Shown: positions 34,576 to 48,297, counted from the first letter of the stretch. The stretch: DNA of 64,000 bases from Lama guanicoe (GCA_013239625.1 MU053881.1:5851957-5915956); one strand, 5' to 3'. Notes: generated by a model not told the origin, from the sequence alone. Numbers and translations: made by a program.

Positions 34576-36094
34576 ATGAACTGTCCTTTTCATCTGCACT
34601 GGTTTCCAGTGCCTCAGAGAGGTGGTACTGGCTAGCCCTGGACTCCCAACACACAGCCTCTGTTGCACGCCTGAGACTTGTGGCAAAATACTTTCAAAAT
34701 CTAATTTGCTCACATCCATGAACACCTGCCAGGAAGGAATTTGAGGCGTTTGGTCTAAACATGGAAAAGCTGAGTTCACTTACCCCAGAGGGGGCACCTG
34801 CAGGGAAAGGGAAAAAAGAGGGTTTTAACCCTTTCCGTGAGTCAGAAAAGGAGGCCGCCATACCCTCCTGTCATCTGTCAACCATCAGAAAGGTCTGAGG
34901 TGAGAACTCTGGCACTATGATTCATTGAAGGATGTAAGGGAGGAAGAAATCCATGGAGGCTGTGAATTTTTAAATATATCTGCCTTTTCTATGGTCAGTT
35001 TGGGGGATATTTGAAAGAAATTGGAGCTGTGTTAGAAGAATCCTTTTAGTTCTGTGCAGCTTCCTGGGGGAAATTTGGGATTTCTCAGACCCAAGAAGTC
35101 TGGGATTAGAGAGAGCTGATCTGTTGACTCCTCAGTGGTTCCTCAAGACTGTACTTTCTTGATGAGACAGAGAAGAGACATCTGAGTGAATCTGTAGTAG
35201 AGAATTAAGAGCAAAGAAACTATACCATGTGTTCTTCGGCCCATGGAAGTGCAGAAATCCAGGCTCAAAACTGGATATGTTCATTCAGCAACGGGAAACA
35301 GAATTCTTACTTTGTCGCTGAACTGACCGACCACTCTGCCATCACGGGTTTGGAAGGTTCCGTACTGTTTTGTGGACATGGTCATACTTCAGGACAGAAT
35401 CTCAGATTTTCAGGAGTCATGACTCTTGGGTTAAGGTTTAAGAGGCTGCTTTCACTGCACATACCTGGAGATGAATGGATCTGGAGGAGCAGATGCCCAA
35501 ACTACCCTGTGGCTCAGTTTTAAGAACGTGAGCTAGGACCGAATGAAAAGAGTGCCCGTCCAGAAGCTCCTGTGATTTTGCATCCCGGTGGTGGGTATGG
35601 ATCCTTGTACTATACCCTGCTATTTCTGGCCCTGTGATCAAGCTCTGGGCAAAGTCTGAACCCACATATAGATGTGAAAGTACATTCGTTTTCAATGGGA
35701 CTGTGAACACGGAGATTTTTCTACTCCGCAGTGGAAAAGGATGGCTGTGAGGAAGAGAAGCCCATTTAAAATAGCTCAGATGAAAGGGTGATTAATAAAA
35801 GGAATTCTCATGGAAAGAAAGTGCAGAGTAAAGCCTGGCCTTTGGGAACTGGAAAGTGGTCTGGCAACTGGTCTTCCCATTTCTCCCTTTGTGGTGCCGC
35901 CTGGCATCTGTTTCCCTCTGAAAGGCAACAGACCAGCCTCTCCGCCTCCCTGTGGTTTCTGTCTCTCCACAATTTTGGCTTGCACCAAGATTTTGGCACC
36001 ACAAGTCCAATCCCATCTCCATATGACTCTCCAAGTTCAGCACCCTTCTTCAGGGCTGCCATCTCTGGGACTCTTCCATGTTTTGGGGGGAGAG

Positions 36095-36658
36095 TGTATC
36101 AGTTATTGATTGCCATGATGATGCTGTGTAACAATCATTAACACCTCGGTGGTGAATAACAATCCACATTTATTTTTGCATACTTGTCTGTGGGTTGCTG
36201 GGTGGTTCAGCTGGACTGCACTGAGCTGAGCTTGGCAGGACTCGCGTGTGCATCTGTGGTCAGCTCTGGGTCAGTTGGGTCACTTTGCAAATCTTGGATA
36301 GGTCCTCTCAGATCTCTAGGCCTCACCAGACACAGATAGGCTGACAGGGCTGTGTTCTGTGTCTCATGCTCCATCAGGCTAGCTCAGTCCTGTCCTCATG
36401 GAGAAGCAAGGAAGCGAGCAGGAGAGAGAGTGGAAGCACTCATGGCCTCTTGAGCCCCTCAGTCTGAGAGCTTGTCCACCTTTGCTTCTGCCTCATTCTC
36501 TTGTCCAAAGCAAGTCACGAGTCTGGCCCAGAATCAAGGGAAGGGAAAGAAATAGGTTTTACCTTTTGATGGAAGAAGCTATGAAGTCACATTGCAAAGG
36601 GTATGGCTATGGGGAGGGGTGAAGAAATTGGGGCCACTTTTGCAATTACTCTATCACA
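36095..36658 (-). mobile_element. MaLR solo LTR (MLT1H-type)
   Basis: TGTATCAGTTA..GCTGTGTAACAA..TCCAAAGCAAGTCAC..AAGTCACATTGCAAAGGG..TCACA. Confidence 0.85.
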
Positions 36659-36964
36659 GGGAAGGAATTGGATCTGCTCTCAGCCATGCCTGTGGGTCGG
36701 TTCCCTTTGGTTCAGGTGCTCAGTTCTCTGTGGTTGGGATGTGTGTGGAGGGGTCAGGGGAGGGTCACAGGAGCTATAGTGTGCTCCTTCCAGTAGCTCT
36801 TATCTGGCCAGGTTAACTTAGAAATGTTCAACATCCCATTTATTCTTCAGGCAGCTCCCAACTGTCGTTCGGACAATGGTCACCAAGTAGACTGGATGTG
36901 AGTCCTCCAGCAGCCCCAGGTATAGAGGACTTCACTTTGGCCTACGTAGGGTAGTCAGTATGTG

Positions 36965-37330
36965 TTATGCTCCTAACCAGAGTCATGGTTTCAGGAATGG
37001 CCATGTGCTTCAAAGCAGACCAAACTGGGCCAATCAAAGACAACTTGAAAGCTGTTTCTTGAGTCACCGCAGAAAGAGATTGGCTCCTTCCTGCTGAATT
37101 TGGACCTGGATCTACAGAAGCCATCTTGCCAGTTTGTGGCATGTGCAGACCCAGGAGAGCAGAGCAGAACTCTGAGGCAGAGACTAGATTCCAGTGTCTA
37201 AGGTGCTGAGTCAAGCCATACCTGAACCCAGTCTGATCCTGGACTATTTATTTACATAGATTCCCTGTTACTTTAGCCCAGTCTAAGCTGGGTTTTCTGT
37301 TACTGTCTACCTAACAGGTGTTGACCAGTG
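36965..37330 (+). mobile_element. Old ERVL/MaLR LTR (LTR16-like)
   Basis: CTGGGCCAATCA..CAAGCCATACCTGAA..AAGCTGGGTTTTCTGTTACT. Confidence 0.55.
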
Positions 37331-37814
37331 TCCAAACCAATGTAGCAGAGAAAGGGATGGACATGTTGACTACATGAGTGTAGAGTCATTGACTTTGGAA
37401 GACAGAGCCATTACTTGTTCTGTTACTGGGTATCATTGCAGGAATAAAGCTGATGCCTTTGGATCTTTGGATTGTGTAATTGCTAAGCCCCCTTTAAAAA
37501 ATCTCCCTGGTATCATCAACGCAAATATCATGCAGCCCACATTTCCCTGGACACTGGATATTTTTGATAGAAGGTAAAAAACTAAAAACCAGCTGAACCC
37601 TGCCGCTTCTCAGAAGTCCCCCATCTCTGTAAGGAGAGCTGGACACGAAGTGAGCTGAGTTATCTGCTACTATGAGACTCAGCTCCTTCCTTCCCTTCTG
37701 CCTACCAGAATCAGCACAAATAGGTGCTGTCTATTAGGGGCTTACCCTGGGCTGCAGGCTTTCCACGCATTGTCTCTTTACTGTACTTAGCAAAATGTCT
37801 AATTGAATGTTTGT

Positions 37815-39090
37815 AAACTTTTAATTTTAATACAATTTCAAACTTACAGAAAAGTTGCGAGACCAAGATAAAGAATTCCGAAATATCTTTGACCATAATT
37901 CCCCAGTTATTACCTGCTGCCCCACTGCTTTTCGTTTATTCATTCTCCTTTCTCTCTCTACATATATACGATGCTCCTTTAACCCAAATTATTTCAGCGT
38001 GTCTTGCCTAAGAACAAAAACATTCTCTTTCATAACAGCAACACAAGGATCAAAACCAAGAAAATTAACATTAATACAATTATGTTACATAATTCATGGA
38101 CCATATTCACATTTTATCAGTTGACCCAATAATCTAGTCTTTAATAGCCATTTTTCCACTGACCAGGAGGCAGTTCAGGACTGGGGTTTGTGTTTCTTGT
38201 TATGTTTTTTAGTGTGCTTTAATATAGAATGGGTGCTCAGTCTTTCTTTGTGTTTCATGACCATAACCCGTTTGAGGATGAAAGGCTAGTTATTTTGCAG
38301 AGTGTCCCTAAATTTGAGTTTACCTGCTGTTTCCTCACAATTATATTCATGTTATGCCTTTTGGGGCGGGAATACCATGAAAGTGATGGTGTGTCTCTTG
38401 GAAAGCATCGTAACAGGAGGCACGCTGGGACTGCTCTGTCCCCGTTTTGGTGACATTAGCTTTGTTCAATTAAAGGGATATCTACCAAGTTTCTTCACTA
38501 TAATGTCACTCTTCCCATTGGTACTTAATAGATCAGCTCTGGGGAGACCACGAGACTATGCCAATATCTCACTCTTCACCGAACATGCATCCACTGGTTT
38601 CATCACTCATTAATAATTTCCTAACGCTGTCGTTCCTATTATGTTAATTAACTGGCATTCTAACAAAAAACTTTCTCTTCTCCCCCATTTATGAACTTAC
38701 TCTTTTTGGAAAAAAAAAAGTGTATCATTATGATCTCCTGGATCCTTAACTTTCCTCAGTGTAAGATATTTATTTTGATATTTACGTGATTCAGATTTGG
38801 CAGTGGGAGCCCCTCCGAGCTGGCTCCTGGGTCCTTTGGATGTGTCTCTATTCTTTGACGCAATTCTGCTTTTGGGTGCAAAAAGGAATTCCAGCCTCAT
38901 TTGCCCCAACCCTGAAGTCAGCCTTTTTCCTATGGAACACCTGTTGGTTCCTTTTTAGTGGAGAATGGTGTTTTGAAACCAAGATCTGAGTGCAAGGTAT
39001 ATGCCTTGCTATCCGTCATTGCTTCAGCAATCTCTCAGGTAGTAAAACTAGGAATGATGTGTGTACGTACTTCCCCAACAACTTTTCTGA
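37815..39090 (-). mobile_element. Ancient L1 (L1MC/ME-type) 3' region
   Basis: AATTTCAAACTTACAGAAAAGTTGC..AAGAAAATTAACATT..AGTGGAGAATGGTGTTTTGAAACCAAGATCTG. Confidence 0.8.
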
Positions 39091-39094
39091 TTTT

Positions 39095-40230
39095 TTTCTA
39101 CGTAGGTTTAACATGTAGATTTTGTCCATCCTACAACTTCATAGAAATGGAATTACAGAATATGTATATTTTTTGTGTCTGGGTTTTTTTTAACTAATCT
39201 AACATATGTGAGAGGCACTTACGTTGTCACTGCTGTCATCCGTTTGTTCCCTTACGTTGCTAAGCGGTACTCCATCTTCTGAATACAGCACAATTTGTTT
39301 ATTCATTCTCATGTTGATGGACATTTGGGTTATTTCCAGTTTAGGACTATAATGAATAAAGCTGTTATGAGGACTTCTGTAAGTATGTTTCTATGAACAT
39401 ATATTTTCATTTTTCTTGGATAAATACCTAAAAGAATTATAGGAGAGGTGTATATTTAAGTTTTTAAATGTATTTGGGGGGAGTGATTAACAGCTTTATT
39501 GAGTACAACTCATATATTGAACTTTGTAGGAAACAAGACAGATGGTTTTCTAAAGTGGTTGTACCATTTTGGACTCCCGAACAAACATATATGAGGATTC
39601 CTATTGCTTCACATACTAGCCAACGTTTAAAGTTGCTGGTGTTTAAAATTTTAGCCATCCTAGTTTGTTTCCATGTAGAGGCATCTCTTTGTAGTTTTAA
39701 TTCACATTTCTCTGATGACCAAGAGTGTTGAAGACTTTTTCATGTTTTCGAAGGCCATGAGTATGTCTTTATGAAATGTCTGTTCAAGTCTTTTGACGAT
39801 AAACTCATTTAAATACTTTTGTTTTTGAGTTGTAGGAGTTCTTTATATATTCTGGATACAGATCCTTTGTCAGATATATATTTTGCAAATATTTTCTCCC
39901 ACTCCGTGACTTGCTTATCCATGTGCTGTGATGGTGTCTTCTGACAGGACGGAGTTTTAATTTGGATGAACTCAAATTTGTCACATCTTTTTTAATTGTT
40001 TTTGCTTTCTGGGCCCTATGAAAATTTTGCCTACCCCAAGTTCAGGAAGATAATCTCCCTTTTCCTTCTTCACAGAGTTAAGTTTTATGTGTAGGTCTAC
40101 ACTTCATTTAAAATTAGTTTTTGTGTATGGTGGAAGGTAGGGTTTGTGGGATTTTGTTTGTTTGTTTTTGTTTTTTAATATGGATATCTAATGGTTCTAG
40201 CATCATTTGTCAAAATACTTTCTGTGTAAC
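39095..40230 (-). mobile_element. Ancient L1M ORF2 / 3' region
   Basis: TTGATGGACATTTGGGTTATTTCCAG..TTCTTTATATATTCTGGATACAGATCCTTTGTCAGAT. Confidence 0.88.
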
Positions 40231-40639
40231 TGAGTTTTTTTTGCTTGAGTTCTGGCCACTCTGGGCTGCATAGATTGGGGCATATTCTCAGGCAGAAGTC
40301 TGATCAACTTCCCTCTTGTTCCTTTCTAATTTTGGTAACTCTCCATTGCCTTCAAATAGGTGTTTTGTCCAGAGTGTGTTGTTGTTTGCAAGAGGGTTAT
40401 TACAACACCAGTTACTCTACCATTATTGGAAACACAGCTCCCTGTAATTGAGTATCAATGTTTACATGGCTACCATCTGCCTCCATCACTAGAGGGAGCT
40501 CTATAAGGGAGGAACCATCTGGTTTTGTTTACTATGGCATTCCTATTGCTTGATATTTGGTAGTTGCTCCATAAATAATAGTGACATGAATAAATGAATG
40601 TGTTATTTGATTCTCACAACATCCACATTATGTTCTTTC

Positions 40640-41030
40640 CATCTTTCCCCTCTGCTTTGCCCTTAACGCTGGCTCTTCTCGCAATCACGGGACAGCTGCT
40701 AGAGTCCCAAGCATCTCATGATGACGTGGCAGTGTCCTGAGGAAGGGAAGGCTATATCCTCCCACAGCTTTGCTTTTAAGGTCAGAGACAGTTTCCCCTA
40801 TAATTCCTCCATGGGGCTTTCCTTCATATCTCTTTGGCCAGAACTGGCCCTCATGCCCATCTTCTCAGTCAATTACCGGTAAAGGGAATGGGGCCACCAT
40901 GAGTGGCTTAGACTAGTTGGAAATTTATCCCTGGGTCACTTGAAGGAGAGGTAGACACCAAAACCAAATCCTGACTCAGCTAGCAAGGAGCAAGGGGTGG
41001 GATGAACAATGGGTGACACCAATAGTGACT
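40640..41030 (-). mobile_element. Old MaLR LTR (MLT1K-type)
   Basis: CTTCATATCTCTTTGGCCAGAACTGG..CATGCCCA..GGCTTAGACTA. Confidence 0.6.
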
Positions 41031-41244
41031 TCTGGAAGTGGCTGCTGAAATCAGATGTAGGCTCTGTCTGTATGGAGCTTACAGTCTGGTGGGGAAGACT
41101 GACCTAATTGCTCTAATAAACATGTAATTAAAACTGAGGTCAATGCTCTGAAGGAAAGGAAAGCCAGTTGTATGGTCACATATAACAAGGAAACACTCCT
41201 AGGATGGAGGGGGGAGAGATGAATGTAGTTGGGGAAGACAGAAA

Positions 41245-41420
41245 TATGGTCTGCAGGATGCCTGGTCTGGATTCAAATCCCACTCCACTTCCTGGCTGTG
41301 AGACTTTGGATAAGTCGCTTCACCTCTCTGAGCCCCACTTCATCTGCACCAGTCTTTCCTGGAGTTGTTAAAGGAGCCACACTGTGTAACAACTTGGCAG
41401 ATAGTGGGCACTTAAATAGT
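41245..41420 (+). mobile_element. MIR SINE
   Basis: TGGATTCAAATCCCACTCCACTT..GCTGTGAGACTTTGGATAAGTCGCTTCACCTCTCTGAGCC. Confidence 0.85.
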
Positions 41421-42659
41421 TCCTATTCTGGCTTAATGAGGGGAAAAAATGTATGTTTGGAGTGAGCAACAAGACAGGATGATTCCTCCTGTTTGTTTTG
41501 GAAAACAAGTCTTAAGCTCACAGCCATGACAGAGTCTGACATCATCAGACATCAGGCGCTTTAAGAATCACACTCTTAATTGAACACGTTCAGAGTTTGT
41601 GATTAATTGTGGTCCTTTTCAGATCCGTGTCCTGAGATTTCACTTCTCTCCCCACCCAGGGGCCAGGCTTACAATGTAACAAGGATGCTCGATCCCCTCA
41701 CTGAAGATGGCCTCCCTTTAGTGCAAGCTGCGGCTGGGCTCATCTGGATTGTAAACCTAGGCGGTTTGGAGTCACCTGGCCAGGTTTATGTGCAGCAGCT
41801 GGGGCCCACCCTACCTAATTAGGACCAGAGAGTGGTCGCGCAGGGTCGGGCGCATATTCTAGGTGCTGTCCTCCAGGGTCTGTTTCTAATAACAGCAGCA
41901 AGTAGCGGAGGCGGCAGGGCGAACGTGGTGACATCATCCCCCCAGCTGTTTTACACATCTGTAACATGGCTCATTAGGACTCTCTTAACACCTCATCCTT
42001 CCCTGCTCCACGCAGCTTCAGTTGCGTGAGAAAGGGTGCGCTGGCATTACAGGGCCACCCCTCCTCCACCCCTTCTCTGAGATGGAGATCGGGGCTGACT
42101 TCAGGGTCAAAGATTAGCTGGGGAGCTCTACCAGTAATCAGAGTGTTCACAAGGACATCCCCATTAGCACACGCTCCTTTTAAAGTGCTAATGGCTTCAA
42201 GATGAGGTTGGCACTTCGGAGTGATCACCGCTGTTCGGGGCCAACTTTGTATCGGGGGGTGGAACATCTGTAGCAGCTGCAGAAATGTTTCTGCTTATTT
42301 TGAGCATTCTAACTTTTTCCTAGCCATGAATAACAACAAACGAATAAATCATCCCACAGTTTGTAGAGAATGGGTGTTTTCCCAGCCAGAACAACAGCAA
42401 CAAAATATGGCCTATCGTCAGCTACGGATATTACACGTAAAACATCCCACCATATTTATATGCAGCAGTGAACCATATATATATTTAGATATTTGAAGTT
42501 GAATTAAGTCAGATGAAGGAGAAAGGCTCCCTCAATTTCACTGGAAAGCCTAAATTACTGAACTAAAAAATCAGTTTTATTACTATCAAGTATGCTACGT
42601 ATTCTAAAAGTGATGTTTACAGAATAAAAAGGAAAGTGTTACCAATAGAGAGTCTCCTG

Positions 42660-42880
42660 GAATGAAGCAGAGTCCCCGGCTTTTGAGACCTCAGTTTGAG
42701 TTCTACGATTTACTGCGGGGTGATGGGGAGGATGGGGGTTCATCTGACCTCTTTAAATTTCCTCTTTACATGGGGATGATAAGATCGATTTTTGGGAGAG
42801 CATTACAAATATAAAGTACGGCATGTGCTTGGCATTGTATTGATCACAAGGTAACTGCTTGAATATGTTAGCTGTTACTA
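42660..42880 (+). mobile_element. MIR SINE
   Basis: TTTCCTCTTTACATGGGGATGATAA..GCTTGGCA..AATATGTTAGCTGTTA. Confidence 0.65.
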
Positions 42881-43109
42881 TTGCTGCTATTGTCATTTCT
42901 TCTACAACTGTGTAACTGTGGAGTGAGGGATATATACATAATTTATCAGCTATTAAGTGCATGTACCATGTTTTAATGAATGTAAAAACGATATTGGTAG
43001 CAAGATGATTATTATGTTACCTTCTAAGAAAGAAAAAGGCTGCCTGTTAAGCTATACCCTGCCTTCTTGTTACATCCGCTGAGAGATGCATCTTTTTCAG
43101 TTAGGAGAG

Positions 43110-43860
43110 AGTCAGTTATGCTGCGTAACAAACAGTTACAAAGTTCCGGTGGCTTACACAATCAAAGTTTATTTCCAGCTTATGCTACCTGTCAAATGCA
43201 GGGGATGGGAGGGCTCTGCTCACCATGGTCACCTGGGAACTGAATTTGTTTTTTGGGGGCTGTCAGAAGGAGGTACCACAGATCAGGTGGCTTAAACAGC
43301 AGAAATTTATTTACTCACTAGCTCTAGAGCCTAGAAGTCCAAGATCAAGGTGTTAGCGGGGTTGGTTTCTTCTGAGACTTCTGTCCTTGGCTTGTAAGTG
43401 GCCGCCTTCTCCCTGTGTCTTCACATGGTCTTCTCTCTGAGCCTATCTGTGTCTTAATGTCCTCTTCTTATAAAGACATTAGTCATATTGAATTAGGGCC
43501 TACTTCATGACCTCATTTTAACTTAATTGCCTCTTTAAGGATTCGATTTCCAAATATAGTCTCATCCTGAGGTACTGGGGGTTAGAACTGCAACATATGA
43601 ATTTTGAGGGGACACAGTTCATAACAAGAACCCAGGCTAGTGGGGGTTCTGTCTCCTCGTGTGCTCCCACCATCAGCTGGCAGGGACAAAAGGACCTGGC
43701 AAGTTGCTTGTCAAGGCTTCTGCTCAGAAACCACACTGTTGGCCAAAAGCAAGTTACATGGGCACGTGGAACTTCATTTACAACAGGAGATGTGCATGCT
43801 ACCTTGTTCCTGGAGCGAAGAGAACCAGTGTCATTTGGGGGCAGCTTCATAGCTCCCACA
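43110..43860 (-). mobile_element. Older MaLR LTR (MLT1J-type) split by a younger LTR
   Basis: GTTATGCTGCGTAACAAAC..GTGGCTTACACAA..GGCTCTGCT..GGGAAC | CCAGGCT..TTGGCCAAAAGCAAGTTACATGG. Confidence 0.6.
43241..43626 (-). mobile_element. MaLR solo LTR (MLT1B-type) nested in the older LTR
   Basis: GGTGGCTTAAACAGCAGAAATTTATT..TGACCTCATTTTAACTTAATT..GAGGTACTGGGGGTTAG; TG..CA ends; TSD GGAAC/AGAAC. Confidence 0.92.
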
Positions 43861-44269
43861 CAGCTCAATTTCAGAGATGCTAAAATGTGAAAAAATGTGT
43901 ATCTTAGAACCACTAAAATAGAAGATGTGAGACAGATTGTAATTATCGCATGGTAAGAGTGACAGTCAAGTCGCCCTCTCCTGGCCTTAATTTTCCCACA
44001 TAGAGAGTGGATTAGAGAGTTCTCTAACTATGAGTAATTCAATAATCATAAATTTGATTGGTCATTAAAAGTACAAGAGTGAAATTCTGCAAGGAATTCG
44101 TCATCTCCTGGGCCTTTGAAAATAATCTGATTTCATAGATTGAGCCCTCGTTCTTGCAAGCAGGTCCGTGAACTTAGCAATGTTCACATGTTGTGAACCA
44201 CTGGTGTTCCCTTCCTCATCGTCAATGTCCTTTACTTTCTGTAGCTCTCAAGGTACGTGGGCAGATTAA

Positions 44270-44685
44270 GGGATTGAGACTTAAGCCAGGCAGGTGTCCT
44301 GTTCCTCTTGCCACGGTCACTGGCTCAGGGATGTCATGACAAAACTGAGATGATGAAAAGAAAATGGTTTCTTTTTTTCCCTGAAGCTGCTGGCACAGCC
44401 GCCTGCTGCGGGAGCTATCTCTCGCCCGGGGCACGAAGCAGATCGGGTATAAGGTTCCCCACTGCAGGAACCATCTCACCGCCACGAGAATCCTGAAAGT
44501 GAAGCCAACATGGTGTTGGGAGTCGTCAAGAAACCAACCTTATTTGATCTCATTTGAGCCCCTGGATCTAGCTGTGCTTGAAGCCAGAACTCTTCAATAG
44601 CACGAATGAAAAATTCTCTCTTTTGGATAAAGCACTTTGGAGTTGGATTTTCTATCATGCGCAGCTAAAGAGGTCCTAATGGATA
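44270..44685 (+). mobile_element. Old ERVL/MaLR LTR
   Basis: TTTGAGCCCCTGGATCTAGCTGTGCTTGAAGCCAG..TTGGAGTTGGATTTTCTATCA. Confidence 0.6.
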
Positions 44686-45489
44686 GAAAGTGAAACAATG
44701 ATTTTGAGCATTTAATCTAATAAGAGCCTAAATACCGAAAGCCACAATTCAGCGTGACCTTCTTAGCAGTATATAAAAAGAACCCATTTTTATCAGCAAT
44801 ACCCATCAGAATTCCTGTCTTGAAATTCTACTTTCCGAGTTGAGCCTTCATGTCGTACACAGACAGCCATATGAAATTCGCTAATGTATTTAATTACAAA
44901 AAAATCATTGGAGACATTGTCTTATATATCACTCAGTGGTGCCTTCATAAGTAAATTTCTTTTAGAATTCAGTGTTAGGAGGAACTTGAGGAAAGGGTCT
45001 GCCTTCCTCCTTTTCTGTAAATACGTTTATAACTAATCTTATATACCTTTTTGCTTTGGCTGCCAAGAAGCTAAGAACTGGAGTGAAAACTCATTCTCAG
45101 ATTACTGCATACTGCCTTGTGATCAGAACATCGTCCTTTTGCTTGGCTCTTATATTCTGTGTATCACACATTGTATGTTTTTGTTTTGCACTGCCCCAGA
45201 TTCCTTAATGCACGAAGCACGTTATAGGCAAACAAATAAAATATGTCTGTGTTATTGCCATTATAAAAGTGATTGCAGGAGGGAAGGAGTTTGTAACTAT
45301 GCTAACGTCTCCCGCGAGTTGAAGCCTAGAAAGGCAGAAACCCTCAAATACAGGTACTGATGTGAATTACAGGAGCCATGAGTTTTCATTCTCCTGACCC
45401 ACACAGTGTTCTGTTTTTAATATGATAGTTGAGGCCACTGAGGAGATGGGCTGCCTCTCTGTGGGGCCGAGGGGAAAGAAAATGATTGC

Positions 45490-45650
45490 GAATCAGACAG
45501 GCTTTGGCTGTGTACTTAGCCATGGGACCTTGGACAAGTCACATAACTTCTTTGAGTCCATTTTCTTTTATGTAAAGGAGGAAGTGCTCACCACAGGGAA
45601 TGAGAGTGGAGGAGATGCTGGATGCATTGTACCTAGTACAGTGGCTGGCA
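45490..45650 (+). mobile_element. MIR SINE
   Basis: GACCTTGGACAAGTCACATAACTTCTTTGAG. Confidence 0.75.
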
Positions 45651-46409
45651 GACTGAGGCCTCCTCAGGCAGCCTTGCGCCCAACCCTTGCAGGGCGCCGT
45701 CCTGGCTCCTCCCACCACAGATCTCCGTCCCTTTGCAGAGCCAGGCATCCGACCTGATTTCCACATCGTGTGAGTTTCCCCTCTGCCTTGTGTCTGCCAG
45801 TCTTTGCCCCTTACCTTTCGTCCGGAGGCAGCCCAGGAAATAGCCCCGTGTGTTCTACGTATTTTCTTCGATATTATAGAGAATTGGCCCTCTATGTGAT
45901 TAGGGTCACTTGGATAAAGCCCTACATGAGGATTATTATTTTTTTTTCCCCAGAAGTAGGTGTTAAAGGAAGGCTTTGCAGGGAATTTTCCTCTCACAAT
46001 AGAAATTAGGCACTTGTGGCCCTCCCTCTGCCTTCGCTGCTGGGATGCTCAGCAGAATAAATCACAAACAGATCAGTGACTTCAACCAAACACCCCATCT
46101 CCTTCTGTACCAGTCAAGGGACACATAAGCTAAACCCCTAACTTGAGATGCTCACAGCCCAGAGGGGAGCGTGGAGGATCCAGGGGTGGCTGGGTCAGGT
46201 GGAAGGAGAGGATGCAGGCCAGGAGTCCTGTTTTGTCAGCCCTGACTTCCTCCTAGAATTTAGGCTTTTCCTCCTCTAGATTTTGGTTTCCTTACTTCTA
46301 TTTCCAGTTGTCTTTTATTTGTCCATTTGTTTTACCAGCTTCCTCAAATCCTCTAAACGATGAAGTAGAGGGATAGATAGCACGTAAATGAAACAACCCC
46401 ATCTCTTGT

Positions 46410-46835
46410 CTGCAGTAGACCGTCCTTTGTAATGTGACTTTGAAGCTCCTCCCACAAGAGGTGGAGTCTGTTTCTCCACCGCTGGAAGCTGGGCTGGAGT
46501 GTGACTTGCTTCGGCCAATAGGATGCAGCGGGAGGGAGGGGGCCCTGTTCTAAGCCTTGGCCTCAGGAGGTCTTGAGCACCTCCACGTGCTTTCTTAGAC
46601 CTGACCGTCAGCATGTAAACCATCCTAGGCAAGCCTGTCAGAGGATGAAGTCCACGTGGAGGAGAGCCGTCCTACAGCTGACTGACCTCCAGGCGTGGGA
46701 GAGATCCCAGCCGAGCTCAGCAGAGCTGCCTGGATGACACACACACTGCTGACTGCAGACACACGAATAAGCCGGCTGAGACCAGAAGGACGTCTTGGTT
46801 TGAGGATGGTTTGTGACAGAACAATAGCTAACACA
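46410..46835 (+). mobile_element. MaLR solo LTR (MLT1F/G-type)
   Basis: AATGTGACTTTGAAGCTCCTCCCA..AGAGGTGGAGTCT..TGTGACTTGCTTCGGCCAATAGGATG..ATAGCTAAC. Confidence 0.82.
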
Positions 46836-48164
46836 CTCTCCCTGTGCCTGCACGGTTACGAGGTACCCAGCACGTGCTACATAAATGCCTGTTTTATGGA
46901 GTGAGATAGTCTCACGGCATGGAATGAAAGACCCACACTTTTAAATAGCTTTAGTATATTTCCTGGGTGATTTCAAAGGTTAAGGAGAGAATACAGCTCC
47001 GAGATGGGTGCCTTGGACTGGAGCTCAGAAGACTTGGACCACGGTCCCAGACTATGGGCTGCCTTGTTCCGTGGGCCACTGCTCCTCCAAGCACCTCAGT
47101 TTCCCCGTCTACAACGTGCAGGGGAGGACTAGGCTTAGAAGAAAGGGCAGCCAGAATCTTGGCCACCATCAAGCCGCAGAACCTGTCCTGTTCCTGCTGC
47201 AGCCACCAAACTCGAGATGTCACAGACTGCCCCGACTGTCCTGCACTGGCCACCAGGGGCCGGTGTCAGAAGTGAGATGTGTCTGTTACTCTGGCCGCTT
47301 CACCTGGGGCAGTTTCTCCATTGTCCATCTCTGTGATGTCACCAAGTCCCATCTGAAAATATGGAGGGCTGGCTGGCAGTGCCCCAGTCATGTACTTTGC
47401 AAGGGAGGCTGAGAACGTGAAGGAGGGAGAACCTGCCTCTCCGTAAGATTCATGTGGTAGGGAGGTCCCCAAACATAGGAAAGAGATTCAGCATCTGGTC
47501 ACTTCAACATAGGAAGAAAAACGTGCGTGACACAGAATCCTTCACAGTGTTGTCCCAAGCACCTGAGATGCTTTCAGAAGGAGTCTGAGGCTTGGTAGGG
47601 GGTTTAGCAAACCAGGTGCTCAGAAGCTGACTCTCCCCTGGAACTGAGCAAAGACAGGGGTTCCTGAAGTCAGCTGGGCTTGTTAAGTCCCTCTGTGGCC
47701 ACCAGACAGGGCTCCAAGCACATGCTCTAATGCACCCTGGAGATACTCTCAGGGATAGCCCCAAAATTGAATAGAGCAACAAACCAGGCTGACGAGATGA
47801 CTTCAAAAGCCAGCGCCTCTCAATTACTGAGAAATCAGCTGGAGGACATTACCGTCAAGCATAACTGAAGGCAGACAACTCATTAAAAGGATTGCCCTCG
47901 CTAATGAAAACCATACAGGCAGAGAGACCCGGCAGGGCTCAGGAAAGGCCCGGCGCATCCCGGGCCCGGAGTGCCAGTGCAGACGCTCTGCTCTGGCTTC
48001 CAACCAGGAGAAACGTTCCTCCTCTTTCCTGGCATCTTCTCCAAACTCATCCGTGACTCCCTCTCCCTTCATTTGCCCAGAGTGTAGCGCTTTACAAGGT
48101 GCTTGAATGTTCAGAATCTGTGTCCTACCGTGAAAAGAAGCGAATTACGCATGCTCATGGGGTT

Positions 48165-48260
48165 GTTAAAAAAGGTTGAAAACATTTAGGGGTGGGGTGG
48201 GGGCGGTGGCATAGGTCCCTTTGAGAATCTGATGAAAACTGTGCATCACCGTTCTAGGGA

Positions 48261-48297
<37 letters not shown>

